64,000 bases of DNA from Octopus sinensis (lineage: Eukaryota), in contig NC_042998.1 of the NCBI RefSeq assembly GCF_006345805.1, forward strand, positions 181,722,001-181,786,000, read 5' to 3'. Below are positions 1 through 12,476 of this stretch, in pieces. Numbering within the stretch: position 1 is the first letter of the stretch; the number at the start of each line of letters is the position of its first letter. Position numbers and translations under genes: made by a program. The notes under the pieces are model-generated. The model saw only the letters and a program-made list of their open reading frames with translations, searched no databases and was not told where the DNA came from.

Positions 1-1112
1 TGTTTCTTTATTAGCCGCACAGACGGGACAGATTACAAAGTAGAGCTTTTCTTTTTTTTGGAGAAAAAAAATGTGTGGTAGGTTTTCGATCAAAAGGGAT
101 CGTAAAAGGGAAAGAAGAAAAAAGAAAAAAAAGGAAAAGAAACAAAAGAAAAGGAAGAAAAAGAAGAAAAAAGAAAGGAAAAAAGGGGAAAAGAAAAAAA
201 ACGATCAATAGGGGTCGTGTATCACAGTATCATGATGTACGGTATAAAGGGGAAAGCAGATAAGGTTTATCCGTGGGAAGAAAAGCCTACGGAAAAGACT
301 ACGGTAACCTCAGTCAATATTGTTACATGTTACCACATTTGTTTGCAAGTGGGTAACCCTCTGTTTTCAATTTCTGAGTTCATAGGATTATGCTCAAGGT
401 GGCTTCGTCATTCATACATACCATCCTTGCTACATTCACCCATCTTTTTTTAAAACATTCGCTAGACAAAACTTGCCTCTCTACTCTCACTTTCCTTTTC
501 AAGTGATACTTGAAGAAGTTGATGAGAGATTGACCAGAGAGGAAAGTGTTTGTCTCCAATCCTTTCAGACGCGTCCACCAGATACATTCTTTTGCTATAG
601 CCACAAGGATGATGAAAATAGCTCTTCCTTCCTGTTTGAAGGAAGGAGACGTGACAATATTGATGATAGACTCGGCTGATAAACCGACTCGTCCCACACA
701 TGACAGTAGTTGTTTGACATAAGCCCACAGGTCGGAAATTGTTGGACACTGCACGAGTGCATGCAGAATGGTTTCGTCGCTCTGACCGCATCTCGGGCAG
801 GTCGGCCCCGTGTTTCTCGAGCCATGTCTGTAGAGCTTATCTCGAATGGGTAGCGCTTCTCGGTAGCACTGCCAGGCCAAGGATCTCTGGAAGTTGTCCA
901 TGGGCCCTGGCCCGAAAGTCATCCTGAACAGGCGGGTCAGGTATTCCTCGTCGACGTCCAGGTTCGCCCCGAGCTCGTCGTCGTACCTCCCCTCCACTAA
1001 TCCCCTATAGAATGCTTGGGTTGTGTTGGAGTCACTCAAAGTCGACCCGGGACAGCAGAGTTGCTTGAGAGCAACGCAACACTCGTGGTGCCATTCGCAC
1101 TTCCTCGGCCTC
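1..1112 (-). mobile_element. 5'-truncated non-LTR retrotransposon (L1/Tx1-like): ORF2 C-terminus plus 3' UTR
   Basis: Minus ORF 380-1039 has the post-RT zinc-binding region (FQRSLAWQCYREALPIRDKL...CPRCGQSDETILHALVQC). The frame stays open upstream to about 1110. A pyrimidine-rich 3' UTR follows (purine tract on + at about 60-205), with AATAAA at 7-12 on the minus strand. Confidence 0.85.
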
Positions 1113-3539
1113 TTTTTGATATATAGATAGATAGACAGACAGTCAGACAGATGTCTATATATCTGTTTGTGTATACTTGTGTGAGTGGCCTGAAGGCTCC
1201 AGGTTCAGTCCCACTGTATGGCATTTGGAGCAGATATTTTTTATCACAGCTTCAGTTTCATCCAAGTGAAACTGGGTAGAGAGATGCTATCTGGAAGCCT
1301 AACTATAATTCAAAAATACTTCTTTGTCACATTCTATCATGCTAATTTTGCTTCTAAATCACTCTAACGGTATTTGTGTCTGAAGAATACTCAGCCACTT
1401 ATATGCTAATTCAGTGAGAAAGTAGTTCAGTTGACCAAATAATTGAATTCTTATTGTCAAAACGGATAGTTCTCCATTTACTTTTACTTGATGGTATAAA
1501 ACGGTCTGTTGAGTTACCTTCCTTTAATTCAGACAGTAACTTAACTGTTTGATAAAAAGACAACTGTAAAGGATGTACCATATGGAAATAAGTACCAGTA
1601 ATATGATTGATTAAAATTTTCTAAAGACAGTACCCTACCATAACCACAGTCCAATGACAAACCAGTAAAAGAGAAAAATGAATGTGTGCATGAGTGTATC
1701 CATCCATCACTAAATGTCTGTATTTGTTTGTGTGTGTTCATGATGCTGTGTGAGGTATTTACAAAATTTCATTCATGTTCACATACATAAAAACAGCTGA
1801 TTATTTTTACTGTTTAGCTTCAAGCAAAACTACATACTATTTTTATCCAAACTATCTATAGCACAACGAAATAGGTCTGGTGCTGTAGATTCTGATGACA
1901 ATGATCTTGTAAAAAATTTAGTATTGCATTTGTTTTTTTTTCTTTATGTTACGAAAGACAAGTCTAATCTCATAATTTTTCATTAAAGTGTTGTTTGATC
2001 TTATGCTGCTTTGACACACTGTTTCTGTGCTGTATACATAAGCTTCTTTTGGTGTTCCTTGGTGGGAGATTAGTGATTTTCTTTTTCCTTCTTTTCTGAG
2101 TGAAAGATTATCTTTTTAGGTATTGTTCAATGTTAGAAGTGTAAACCACTCACTTGTGCATCAGGTTTCTTTAAATTGCTATCTATTGCCAAATTGCTTC
2201 TCTTCTGGATGCATCCATACTATCAAGTTGCATTTCTATGCGCAGCTAGTTTGACAGAAGCAGGAAAATTCAGGACATTGACCCCAACCAAGTAAAAATA
2301 TAAATATTTATTCAATGTAGTAGTAGTAACTAGCAAAAAGTTTTCTACTTAGAAGCCAAGTGTTTCACACCTTATCTATTCAGGCTTTGAAGTATTAAAT
2401 TAATATCCTATTAATTGGTTTATCATTTAGAAAGGCTTTCATAAAGATTACATTTTTTTAGTGCAATGAATTATTTCTATATTTTCTAAGTTAAAACAAC
2501 AACATTTATTTTTGCTTAAAGAACACGTTTTTGATAACATTGTTTCAAAGTCCTTGTGAAGCTTTTATGATTTATTTCAATGACAAAATCTAATCAAAAT
2601 AGAAACCTATAGATTTTGATAATAGGGAAATAAACTCTAATCACTTACTGTCTGACTGTCTTTGAATTTCATTTATCTGCTCTGATCAAACTGGAACTTA
2701 ATGGAAATCAGAATTTAGATATATTTTTAAAGTTATACCACTCTGGCAAGAAATGATCTCATTAATGTTAGACATTTAAGTGACACATGACAACAAATAT
2801 CTAACCTGATGACAACCACAATGAACTGTTGTAGATTGTAGTTTGTGAATGGGTAACATATATATAAATAATGTTAGGGATCAATCTAGGTAGATATGAA
2901 TAGTCTTAGAAGATCACTGGAGTTGACTAAATATAGAAAAGGAAATATGCAATAAAGCATTTCACTATTTTGTTTTGGTCTTGATTAGGTGAATGAGCTT
3001 TCTAATTTGTTGAAGTCTTTCTGAAGACTTCAACATGAAATTTGTATTACTGACTTTTAATAAGTTATTTTCATTATATTTTAAATTCTTGGAAATTATA
3101 GTTTAAGACACTCCTTGTTGGAAATTACGTGATTTTAAATAGAAATATTTTGCATATATTCATTTGAAAGAAAGAGTAGAGAAAGCGGGGAGGGAGAGAG
3201 AGAGGTAGATGTGGGGCTATCAGTTAAATGAAACTAAGTACTGTGTCCACACTAATATCCATCTGTGTATGTTCTTTCATCTTAATAGCTTCTTATATAT
3301 TTATCTAATAATGTTAGTGTTGAATAATTTGTACCAGAATAGGCTTCCAGCTATAAAACAGTGTGTCAGTATGAATTGACAGATTGTTGCTGAGGAGTAT
3401 GTAATGATAGCAGCACCCTTGCTCTCACTGGCGCTGAGAAGAAAGAGGCATGGTTATGTTGCTACAAGAGGCTACTGAATTTAGGGAATGCATGGCAGTG
3501 AAAAGAACTTCCTCAAATAGCTCCAACAGAGAGACCAGC

Positions 3540-4920
3540 TATCTGGTTGAAATGGCCATCAGCCATAGTCAATAAGATGAAAATATCCAGTGAAGTGCTA
3601 GCTTTTCACATAGTCAATCAAGTAGAACAGAAATGTGTCATTTCCATTGATGGCATAGTAGTATCATTACTTGCTACAAAAAGAAGTGCAGAGACATCAG
3701 ACTGATGGACTGAGCTCTGGAAGGAGTTATAGCGCAACTGATTAAGAAGAAAATTAACTCAGATGAGAAACATTGCAGATTTGTGCTAGGATGAGGTATC
3801 ACTGATGCCATCTTCCTAGTACAAGAACTACAGGAGTAGTTCTTAGTAAAGGACAAGCCACTGTACCCTCTTTACCTCACATTCATTGGCCTAGAGAAAG
3901 TCTTTGACAAGATGCCATACTCTGATGGTTTGCTAAGAAAACTAAGGGTAGTTGAACGGTTTATGAGAGCCATGCAAACCAACTGTCAGAAAGCTGGCAT
4001 TGAACTCAGTAAAGGATCTAGCATGCAGTAGGTGTCCAACAAGGGTCAATTCTCTGCCCTTCTTGTTTATTATAGCTCTCCAGGCATAAAACCAGTTGTC
4101 CATGAGAATTTGTATGCCAATGCTCTAGTTCTTAAAACCAAATCTGTCAAAGAATTAGAGAAGCACTTCCAGACATGTAAAGCCTAAACTCAAGGAAAAA
4201 ATCAGGACTCCACATACATGTTCATTATGTAGAAAAAATATAGGTAAGAATACCAAAAACTTTGATATACCCATTGTAAACTATAGTTATACAAGAAATG
4301 CAGTGGGATTGTATGCAGGCTAATAGATGTGCAAAAGGGTGAGCAGTGAGAGCAAAACCTCAGAGAATGCTCTAGAATTAGTTGATAACTTCTGTTATCT
4401 AGGTAACATAATTAGCAGTGGAGAAGAGTGTTCCAAAAGCATAGCAAGTTGAGTGAAAAAGCAAGGTGGAAAATGTTCAGGGAGCTATTACCCCTACTGG
4501 CAACAAAGCAATTCTTCTTCAAGATAAATTAGAAAAATTGCATGCTAAGGAAACATGTGTAGAATTCAATACAAAGGCTGAAAAGAAATGAGTCAAGTGT
4601 GCGCAGATAGATGTGTAATGACTCGAGAAGAAAGCTGGATATAAGAGGAATCAGATGTTGTGGGCTAGAAAAAAGACTGAAGTGCTACAGACATGTGATG
4701 TGTATGGAGGATGATATCTGGGTACAGAAGTGTCAAGTTACCCAGGCAGGATGAACCTGTGGGAGGGAAAGATCAAAGAAGACATAGAAAGGAAAGGTGG
4801 AAGCTGATCTCAGCAGACTGAAATTTACAAAGGAAATTATAAAGGATTGTATCAAATGATGAGAAGCTGTGCTGTAGAAGACCTATTCAAGCATGAAAAA
4901 ATAAACATAAAATGATGATT
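3540..4920 (+). mobile_element. Degenerate RTE-clade LINE, reverse transcriptase to 3' tail
   Basis: Stop- and frameshift-ridden translation resembles RTE RT (ITDAIFLVQELQE.FLVKDKPLY, LEKVFDKMP, RKLRVVERFMRAMQ). It ends in GCATGAAAAAATAAACATAAAATGATGA, similar to the (GAT)n tail of the local repeat family. Confidence 0.85.
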
Positions 4921-5228
4921 CAATGTTATATGGAAACACTGCAAGCTCTTTCAATTTAATGTTAATCTCCATTTTATGAAAATAATCTCCATTTAATGAA
5001 GATAAAACATTTTATTTTTAAATGAATGAGTCAATATTTCTAAAATTAAAAGTATATTTTTGGTTAGCAACAAGCAATTAGAGATGTAACAAATGTAAAG
5101 TTATTTCATTTGCATCAGCATTTAAGAATGAATTTTTAGTGAGTGGCCATGCCTTGAGCTTATGTCTGAGTAAACTTCATTATACACTAGAATTCAGTTG
5201 GATTTATTTCTGTTGGAATTATATTTAA

Positions 5229-5462
5229 CCCTTTAGTATTCAAATTATTCTATCAAATTTAATGCTTATCCATTCACATTGTTTTGAATTAATCTTGTAA
5301 CTTTGAGATTTCTATGATGTGACTGTTTATTTTTAGAATGACATAGTAGAATAGCTGTGAGAAGCTGAATCTGGCCATCTTGAACAAAAAACAGGTAGAA
5401 TATTTGGGTTCGATATTGCAATATCCAACCCAAATATTCTACCTGATTTAAATGCTAAAAGG
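5229..5462. mobile_element. About 230-bp MITE with TTAA target site (piggyBac-like)
   Basis: Starts TTAA|CCCTTTAG and has a degenerate CTAAAAGG|CTAA right end. Interior is homologous to copies at 36555, 39588 and 47770. Confidence 0.75.
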
Positions 5463-6105
5463 CTAAGACAGCTTTTCTATCAATTTTATTATATCTAAAA
5501 CTCAATGTTTATGATTTGGGAGTAAATTAATCAATAATCAATAAATGTAGTAAGGCCTGCCCATCTTCAGGGCTTTGTTATTGTTAGTGTCTGCAAATCA
5601 TAAACTTCTAAAGTTGTATTGAGATATTTTTAAAAAAGTTAAATCAAGTCACAAAAAATATTTTGTTGGGCTTTGCAATACAATTAGAAATAAATGTAAC
5701 CAAGTCAAAGTGACAAATGAGAATCGAGTTATTAAATGCCTTTTTTCATACATTTAGATAGAGAAGGTAGAGATCTCATCATCATCAAAAATAATTTTCA
5801 TAATTATGTTGAAGTTCTGCATATTTACATATTTTTGTATGAGATATTTCTTAAGCCAATTTTTGTTTTTGTTAGTTAAAAATATTTTTATGTGTTCTAT
5901 TCAATGATCACATTAAAATAATAATTCAGTTGCACACATATATAGTGTTCTCTATATTCTTGTATTATTTTAAGAAACTCTCTTTGCATTCAGTACCAAG
6001 GGAATATCAGTTTATTCTAAAATTCAGTACAGGCTGTAAACTACAATAAAACATTTTCCAGTGGAAAATTTGAATTTGAAGTCCCAGAACAATTTTCTTT
6101 CTGAT

Positions 6106-6137
<32 letters not shown>

Positions 6138-6138
6138 T

Positions 6139-6710
6139 CATCATCATAAACATCATCGTTTAACGTCCGCTTTCCATGCTAGCATGGGTTGGACGATTTG
6201 ACTGAGGACTAGCAAACCAGATGGCTGCACCAAGCTCCAATCTTGATCTGGCAGAGTTTCTACAGCTGGCTGCCCTTCCTAACGCCAACCACTCCGAGAG
6301 TGTAGTGGGTGCTTTTACATGCCACCGGCACAAGGGCCAGTCAGGTGGTACTGGCAACAGCCATGCTCAAATAGTGTTTTTTACGTGCCACCTGCACAGG
6401 AGCCAGTCCAGCAGCACTGGCAATGACCTCGTTCAAATGTTTTTTCATGTGCCACCGGCAAAAATGCCAGTAAGATGACGCTGGTAACGATCACACTCGA
6501 ATGGTCCTCTTATGTGCCACCGGCACGGAAGCCAGTTAGCTGCTCTGGCAACGATCATGCTTGGATGGTGCTCTTAGCACTCTACTAGCACGGATGCCAG
6601 TCATCGAATTTGATTTTGATTTTGATTTCACTTGCCTCAACAGGTCTTTGCAAGCAGAGTTTAGTGTCCAATGAAGGAAAGATACGCATAAGTGGGCTGG
6701 TTACTCCCCT
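6139..6710 (-). mobile_element. RTE-tailed non-autonomous repeat with internal ~59-bp tandem units
   Basis: On +: (CAT)n-GTTTAACGTCCGCTTTCCATGCTAGCATGGGTTGG...CCCTTCCTAACGCCAACCAC, then 4-5 GTGCCACCGGCAC-type units and a 5' module with (AAATC)-like repeats. Confidence 0.85.
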
Positions 6711-6714
6711 ATAG

Positions 6715-6745
<31 letters not shown>

Positions 6746-6755
6746 CACATACACA

Positions 6756-6860
6756 CATCATCATCATCATTGTTTAATGTCTGCTTTCCATGCTGGCATG
6801 GGTTGGATGGTTTGACTGAGGACCGACGAGCTAGATGGCTGCACCAAGCTCCAATCTGAT
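6756..6860 (-). mobile_element. Short 3' fragment of the RTE-tailed repeat
   Basis: (CAT)n-GTTTAATGTCTGCTTTCCATGCTGGCATGGGTTGG...GCTGCACCAAGCTCCAATCTGAT. Confidence 0.75.
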
Positions 6861-7159
6861 ACACACACACACACACAAATTTTCTCCCATATTTACATGA
6901 GTTGGATAGTTCTGAGAACATGTAACTGTTTTATAACAAGTGTATGCAAAATATGGTTTCTACAAACAGATGATGCTAAAGCCAAAGAAAAAAATTGAAT
7001 GACTTTCATGTCATCATGAGAAAGCAGAATGTGACACTGTTTATTTGATGTTACTTCATGAAAAATTGATTCAAGTTATATAAACACATACAGCAAGATA
7101 TTAGTGGAAAGGTCATATAATGAAGTTTTGTGGTTTGCGGAAAGGTTAAAAGTTGGTGG

Positions 7160-7960
7160 TTATGGGATAAAATTTAGTACATTGGATGATGAAAATTGAT
7201 ACAAGCTAACATATTGAGAAAATGTAATACAAATAGGCATATGATGAAAATTGGTGTATGTGGACATATGGTCAAGATTCTTGCATTTGGATATATGATG
7301 AAGATTAGTGAAAATTGGTAAATTTGAACATATGGCAAAAATTGGTAAATATAGACAATAGGTGAAAATTGCCACATGTGGGTATATGGTGGAAAATTTT
7401 TTTAATATGGATATAGGGTGAAAATTGGTAAATCTGGACATATGAGGAAGATCAATACATGTTGACGTGATACAAATTGGTAAATGTGACCATATGGTGA
7501 AGATTGATATATATGGACATATGTTGAAAATTGCTACATGTAGATATATGGTGATGGCTGGTAGATGTAGTCATATGGTGAAGATTGGTAAATCTGGACA
7601 TTCTGTAATGATTACTGCATGTACTATATTTTCCACCATACAAGTTTAATTTTTCAAACCAGAATTTTTAACCAAAAAAGTTAGGTCAGTCAGTTTAATG
7701 CACCCAGATGGCTTTGGAGGACCAAAGATTCTGCATGAAATGCAGCAGGATTTGAAAAGCTAGTGATAATGTTTACATTATGATGCTTATATGCTACATC
7801 AATTTGTATGCCATAAAATACAGTAGACATATGATGAAGATTTGTATAAGCCAGTATATAGTAAAAATCAGTAAATGTGGACATATAGTGAAGATTGAAA
7901 CAAGTGGACATATAATAAAGACTAAGGCAAATGAACATATGATGAAAAATTTATGATAAA
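7160..7960. repeat. Degenerate 27-bp minisatellite, consensus about CATATGGTGAAAATTGGTAAATGTGGA, interrupted by a MITE
   Basis: About 20 recognisable units, mostly 27 bp with a few of 23-37 bp. They give 9-aa periodic ORFs on both strands. Confidence 0.85.
7624..7823. mobile_element. 200-bp TA-flanked MITE (pogo/Tc1-mariner-type ends)
   Basis: TA|CTATATTTTCCACCATACAAG...TTGTATGCCATAAAATACAG|TA. Interior is homologous in opposite orientation to 10419-10609 (shared TTTGGAGGACCAAA...CAGGATTTG). Confidence 0.75.
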
Positions 7961-8827
7961 AGTAGAATGAAGAAGGCTTGGAGTCATTGTTCAGTTCAGC
8001 CTGAGTAAAGATAAGTAGAGAGGGGATGGTAATTAGCCAGTTTCAACTGACTCACATTAGACATCAGAAGAAACTATCAAGAACAGAGGCAATAAAAAAT
8101 GAAAATGTTTGTTTTTCTATCCTACCATGGAATAATAAATGATGGGAATGAAGATAATAAATGAAGATATGCATGTGTGTGTGTGTGTAAAGGGTAGTTA
8201 TATTTACAGTATATAAATATCATTCCAATGTTAGAATCTACTAAAGCTAATATACGTCTTAGAATTTTTATGTACAGAATTTTTATGTACAATCGCTGTG
8301 TGGTTATGTAATGAGTGATTCTGTTATATCCTTTGTGATATAAGACAATGCAATCAGTCTGTTTGCAAATATTTACCATTGCCATTTCATGGCTGAGAAG
8401 TTGGAATTAGTGAGGGCATAGAGTTGTAAACTTGTTATTCATTTATTGGTTTCAGTCATTTGACCGTAACCATGCTGGAGCACCTATCTTCTGAAAATGT
8501 TGTTAATTATATTGGGCCCAGTTTTTGGAAACTTACTATTTTGTCAACCACAGCAGGATCTTTCTTGTTACACTCTATGGTAAAAAAAAAAAGAAGGATT
8601 GGTGAATTTGAACCTACAGGAATTCCCTTCCATTTCACATTTCCCCAACTTCTCAACAATTCAAATTAAGCATTAATCAAGCTAACCACATCCAATTGTC
8701 TTTATAAACAAATTTAGTATCTGTTTTATCTCTTGGAACTAAGAAATTAAAAAGATCAGTATTAGTAGTGTTGAAATACATGAGGTAAAAGGGAATTCCA
8801 CAGAAGTGATCTACAAGATAAAGAACT

Positions 8828-8866
8828 ATGTCTAAAGTAATAGAGAGCAGAAAAGATGCCATACAG
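8828..8866 (+). CDS. Candidate alternative first coding exon of CREBRF (MSKVIESRKDAIQ), unconfirmed
   Basis: ATG with an in-frame TAA just upstream (8819-21), 13 codons, and a strong phase-0 donor CAG|GTGAGA compatible with the phase-0 acceptor at 34349. No homology support. Confidence 0.3.
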
Positions 8867-8963
8867 GTGAGATATTTCTGATGAATTCAGAAGATAAACT
8901 ACTGTAGAATAACCATAACCATCACTGACAAGCAACTATGATTCAATGGCATATATCATGTTT

Positions 8964-9125
8964 CATCATCATCATCATCATCATCATCATACATCTATTT
9001 TCCATGCTGGCATGGGTTGGATGGTTTGACTGAGAACTGGGGAGCTGTACCAGGTTCCAAACTGATTTGGATGCCTTTCCTAATGCCAACCACTCTAAAA
9101 GTGTAGTGGGTGCTAGCTACATGAT
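8964..9125 (-). mobile_element. Fragment of the RTE-tailed repeat
   Basis: (CAT)n...TTTTCCATGCTGGCATGGGTTGGATGG...GGATGCCTTTCCTAATGCCAACCAC. Confidence 0.7.
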
Positions 9126-9478
9126 CCTAGTACCGGCCACCAGCTGCCTATGTGGATGCAAGTAAAAAAGATATCCTCACAGCTTTCCTACCCTTGATCC
9201 AATGGAATATCAAGGATGTGACAGATGGAGCAAGAAAAGGCTACACCAGCACTTGGTTGGTACTTGTTTAGCTAAGTAATATGTAATAAGTGCTTTGCTT
9301 GAAGACACAAAGCGCTATCATATGGTCATATGCCCTACACCCCTACCTACCTGACTGTATACCTTTACAGAATAAGAAGAATAAAAGCAAAGTTATGGCT
9401 TGACATTGAAGTAGTGTAGAAAAGTTAATTAAGAGAGACAGTTTAAGGAAATGAAAGACTTTGTTTTCTGAATGATGA

Positions 9479-9800
9479 TGACTGGCTTCTGTGCCGGTGG
9501 CACATAAAAAGCACCATCCGAACGTGGCCGATGCCAGTGCCGCCTTGACTGGCTTCCGTGCCAGTGGCACGTTAAAAGCACCAACCGATCGTGGCCGATG
9601 CCAGACCTCCCTGGCACCTGTGCAGGTGGCACGTAAAAAGCACCCACTACACTCGCGGAGTGGTTGGCATTAGGAAGGGCATCCAGCTGTTGAAACACTG
9701 CCAGATCAGACTGGAGCCTGGTGCAGCCCCTGGCTTCCCAGACCCCGGTCGAACCGTCCAACCCGTGCTAGCGCGGAAAACGGACGTTAAACGATGATGA
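9479..9800 (+). mobile_element. RTE-tailed repeat with internal tandem units
   Basis: GGTGGCACATAAAAAGCACC units, TAGGAAGGGCATCCAGCTGT, and tail GCGCGGAAAACGGACGTTAAACGATGATGA. Confidence 0.85.
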
Positions 9801-10418
9801 ATGTTATCTAGAATGTTGACTTCAACTTCACAGACATCTTAAAAAAAAGCAAGTCCTCTTTGAAAATTCTACGAACATTGCTTTTTTTAAAGGGGCCTCT
9901 AAAAGCATTGAGTTTTCCATGAGGAAAGGGATTGCATTTCAGTTCTACTCTTAAACTCTTGATGCAATTCTCAGTTACATAAGAATTATATCATTGAATA
10001 AATCTCAATAATTTTAGCTTCATCTCATTATTCACAGCTGATACATCAGATATTTTGATCTTGTTCTTGCCACTGCAGACTATCACTAGACCACCAGTTC
10101 TGTAACTATATTTTTATCTTTAAATTGTACTGAGTTTTGTAAAATCTTATATTGTTATTTACAAATTACCCATAGCCATTTCATCTGCTGGTATATTGTA
10201 CAGTTGTAGAAGAAAAATAAAACTTGTGGGCTTGGTGCTTAATACAATGAATTTTCTTTCAGGAAGATCCCCAGCAGACCAATTGGCTCCCTTATTTGAT
10301 GCCAAGCTGGCTATTGTTCAGGACTTGTCATTTAAACATTTGGTAAACTAATTTAGTGTATTACTTTCAATGGGATCTTACTGTAGGGATTTCAAGAGTT
10401 TTTTTACAGTTGTATATA

Positions 10419-10609
10419 CCATATTTTCTGGCATACAAGTCAAGGTGGAATATAGTGTAAACATTCAAACCTCATCATTATCTTCCCAAATCCTGATGGA
10501 TTTCACATGGAATTTTTGGTCCTCCAAAGTAGTCTTGGTGTTTAAGTTTACCAATTTTTTTCTGTATATTTTGGTCTGAAAAACTTGGCTTGTATGTTGG
10601 AAAATACAG
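10419..10609. mobile_element. TA-flanked MITE, same family as 7624-7823
   Basis: TA|CCATATTTTCTGGCATACAAG...CTTGTATGTTGGAAAATACAG|TA imperfect terminal inverted repeats. Confidence 0.7.
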
Positions 10610-11179
10610 TAATTTCTGTCTCCAACAATTCTTTCCTAAAAACAGTACTGGTATTTGAGTCCCTCAAATTAAGGGGAGGTATGTTAATCAACCTGCCCAT
10701 AGCAAAAGGCAGTTTCTCTAATGTCAAAGTTTTAACCTAGGTTCTTGACAACCAAACCACTCATCTATTATACATCAATTACAGATAAACTTCAATTTTA
10801 GATTTACATGGTTTTATTTTACTTACCAGTTATATGTTCATATATATGTGTTTGATAATATGTATACATCTATTTGTGTTTATAGTTTATATTTACTTAC
10901 AAAGCCCTAGGTTTAATATTTAGAAAGGGACCTTTAAAATAGCTCAGAATTGGAAAACAGTTCATACTTAATTGTCTGTAATTCAAGGACAAAGAACAAC
11001 CTCATTCATTAGGGTTAAAATTTCAACTCTACATTGCTAATCCAACTGCCCTAATCCTTGCTAAGTTTTTCCAAATGCTTGCATCATATTCTTCCCTCCA
11101 GATCCCATCCCTCTTATTTATTTGTTCTTATCTCATTTCATAAATAGGATTTTTAAAATTCCCAAGATTAATGTTTACA

Positions 11180-12000
11180 TAGTTGTACGGAACTTCTCAG
11201 ACTGAAGTGAAGAAATCAACAGCCGACGGTAATATGAGTCAACTTAACAGCACTGCCCCTTCATTCAACTGTTTTACTTCAAGTAGAAAGTGTTTAAATA
11301 GAAAGAAATAACTAGAAACTGCAGCTGTGTGATGTCAGTGTGCAGCCAATATTGCAGCTCTGGTTGGTTTTACTGCAGCAAATTGCTGCTTGCTATATTG
11401 TAACTACTACTACTTGAAGTGCAGCTGCAATTCATGGTATTCAGATAATGCAGAAAGGTTACATCTAAATTAATCTGTCTAGGAATTGTGACAATTGGTC
11501 ATAGCTAAGTTTGGCTACTTATCTTATTATTTCACTTGTATTTGACTAATTGTGCAACAATACTGCAATTAATAGATGCATATAAATGCATCTAAATCTA
11601 TTTTTACTCTTTAAATCTGTTAGATTATTTTATGATAACTGCAGCTTCTCTTGTTTGTTTACTTAATTTTGATCAAATTGTCACATAAATGTCTTGATCT
11701 ATTGATTATTATTCTCATTTCGGCTTGATTCCACCCCGCTCTTTTATTACTTCGTCAATTATTTATCTCACTAGTCTATATATTTTGGTAAATAATGAAA
11801 AAAAGAAAACACTGTCCTTATGGTGACTATCATAAAGTCCTGATCGCGTGATTTTATTCTGGCCTTATTCGATAAAAACTATGTGTAGTACCCCTCCCAA
11901 ACTATCAACTTATTCGAACTCTGCAACGACTAGTAGGATTATAATATAGGAGATATAGTCTGCATCTGCAGCTCGAAATATCTTAATGATCATATAATAT
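11180..12000. promoter_or_regulatory. Candidate promoter region (CpG not depleted)
   Basis: Roughly a dozen CpGs by eye in non-repeat AT-rich sequence, where flanking unique DNA has very few. Contains CCAAT and TGATGTCA and lies just upstream of the candidate exon at 12316. Confidence 0.3.
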
Positions 12001-12221
12001 AATGTTTGCAGTTCTTGTTTTTATTTTTATTTACTTTTTAAATCTGCATAAAGAACCATTTACAATTACTGGAGATATTTCATATTTCTTTACATTATGA
12101 TGATTAGCTAAAATTTCTTACCTGTGATGCCTGGCATGTTGATGTGGTAAGCATTTAATGTATCCAGATGTATTACTCAAATGAACTGTATCCTTAAAAT
12201 ATTTTGCTATTATTATTATTA

Positions 12222-12268
<47 letters not shown>

Positions 12269-12476
12269 GTGTTGAAGACTATTATTTATTATGTTTTTTT
12301 TTTGTTTTTTTTCAGACTAATAAAAAAAAAACACAAATATACATCAATTTATTATTCCCTTATAAACTCCATTTTTGTGCCAAACAATAAACCTGGGAAA
12401 CCACACCGGAGACCTCTTCCCTGAGCTGAATGCAAAAGAAGGAATCCCACAGCAGCAGAGGTCAAGAACCCTGCCA

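Noticed and set aside
75-263. Lys/Arg-rich ORF on + and Phe/Leu-rich ORF 11-208 on minus
   Set aside because: Translation of the low-complexity 3' UTR of the LINE fragment; not a gene.
6221-6478. Recurrent ORFs containing FLQLDALPNANHSESVVGAF (also 9429, 18568, 22128, 25416, 37303, 41241, 46843)
   Set aside because: They are readings of the same non-coding repeat, with different frames and ends in each copy.
8677-8862. 61-aa hydrophobic minus-strand ORF
   Set aside because: No recognisable motif or partner exons, and it overlaps a plausible + strand exon.
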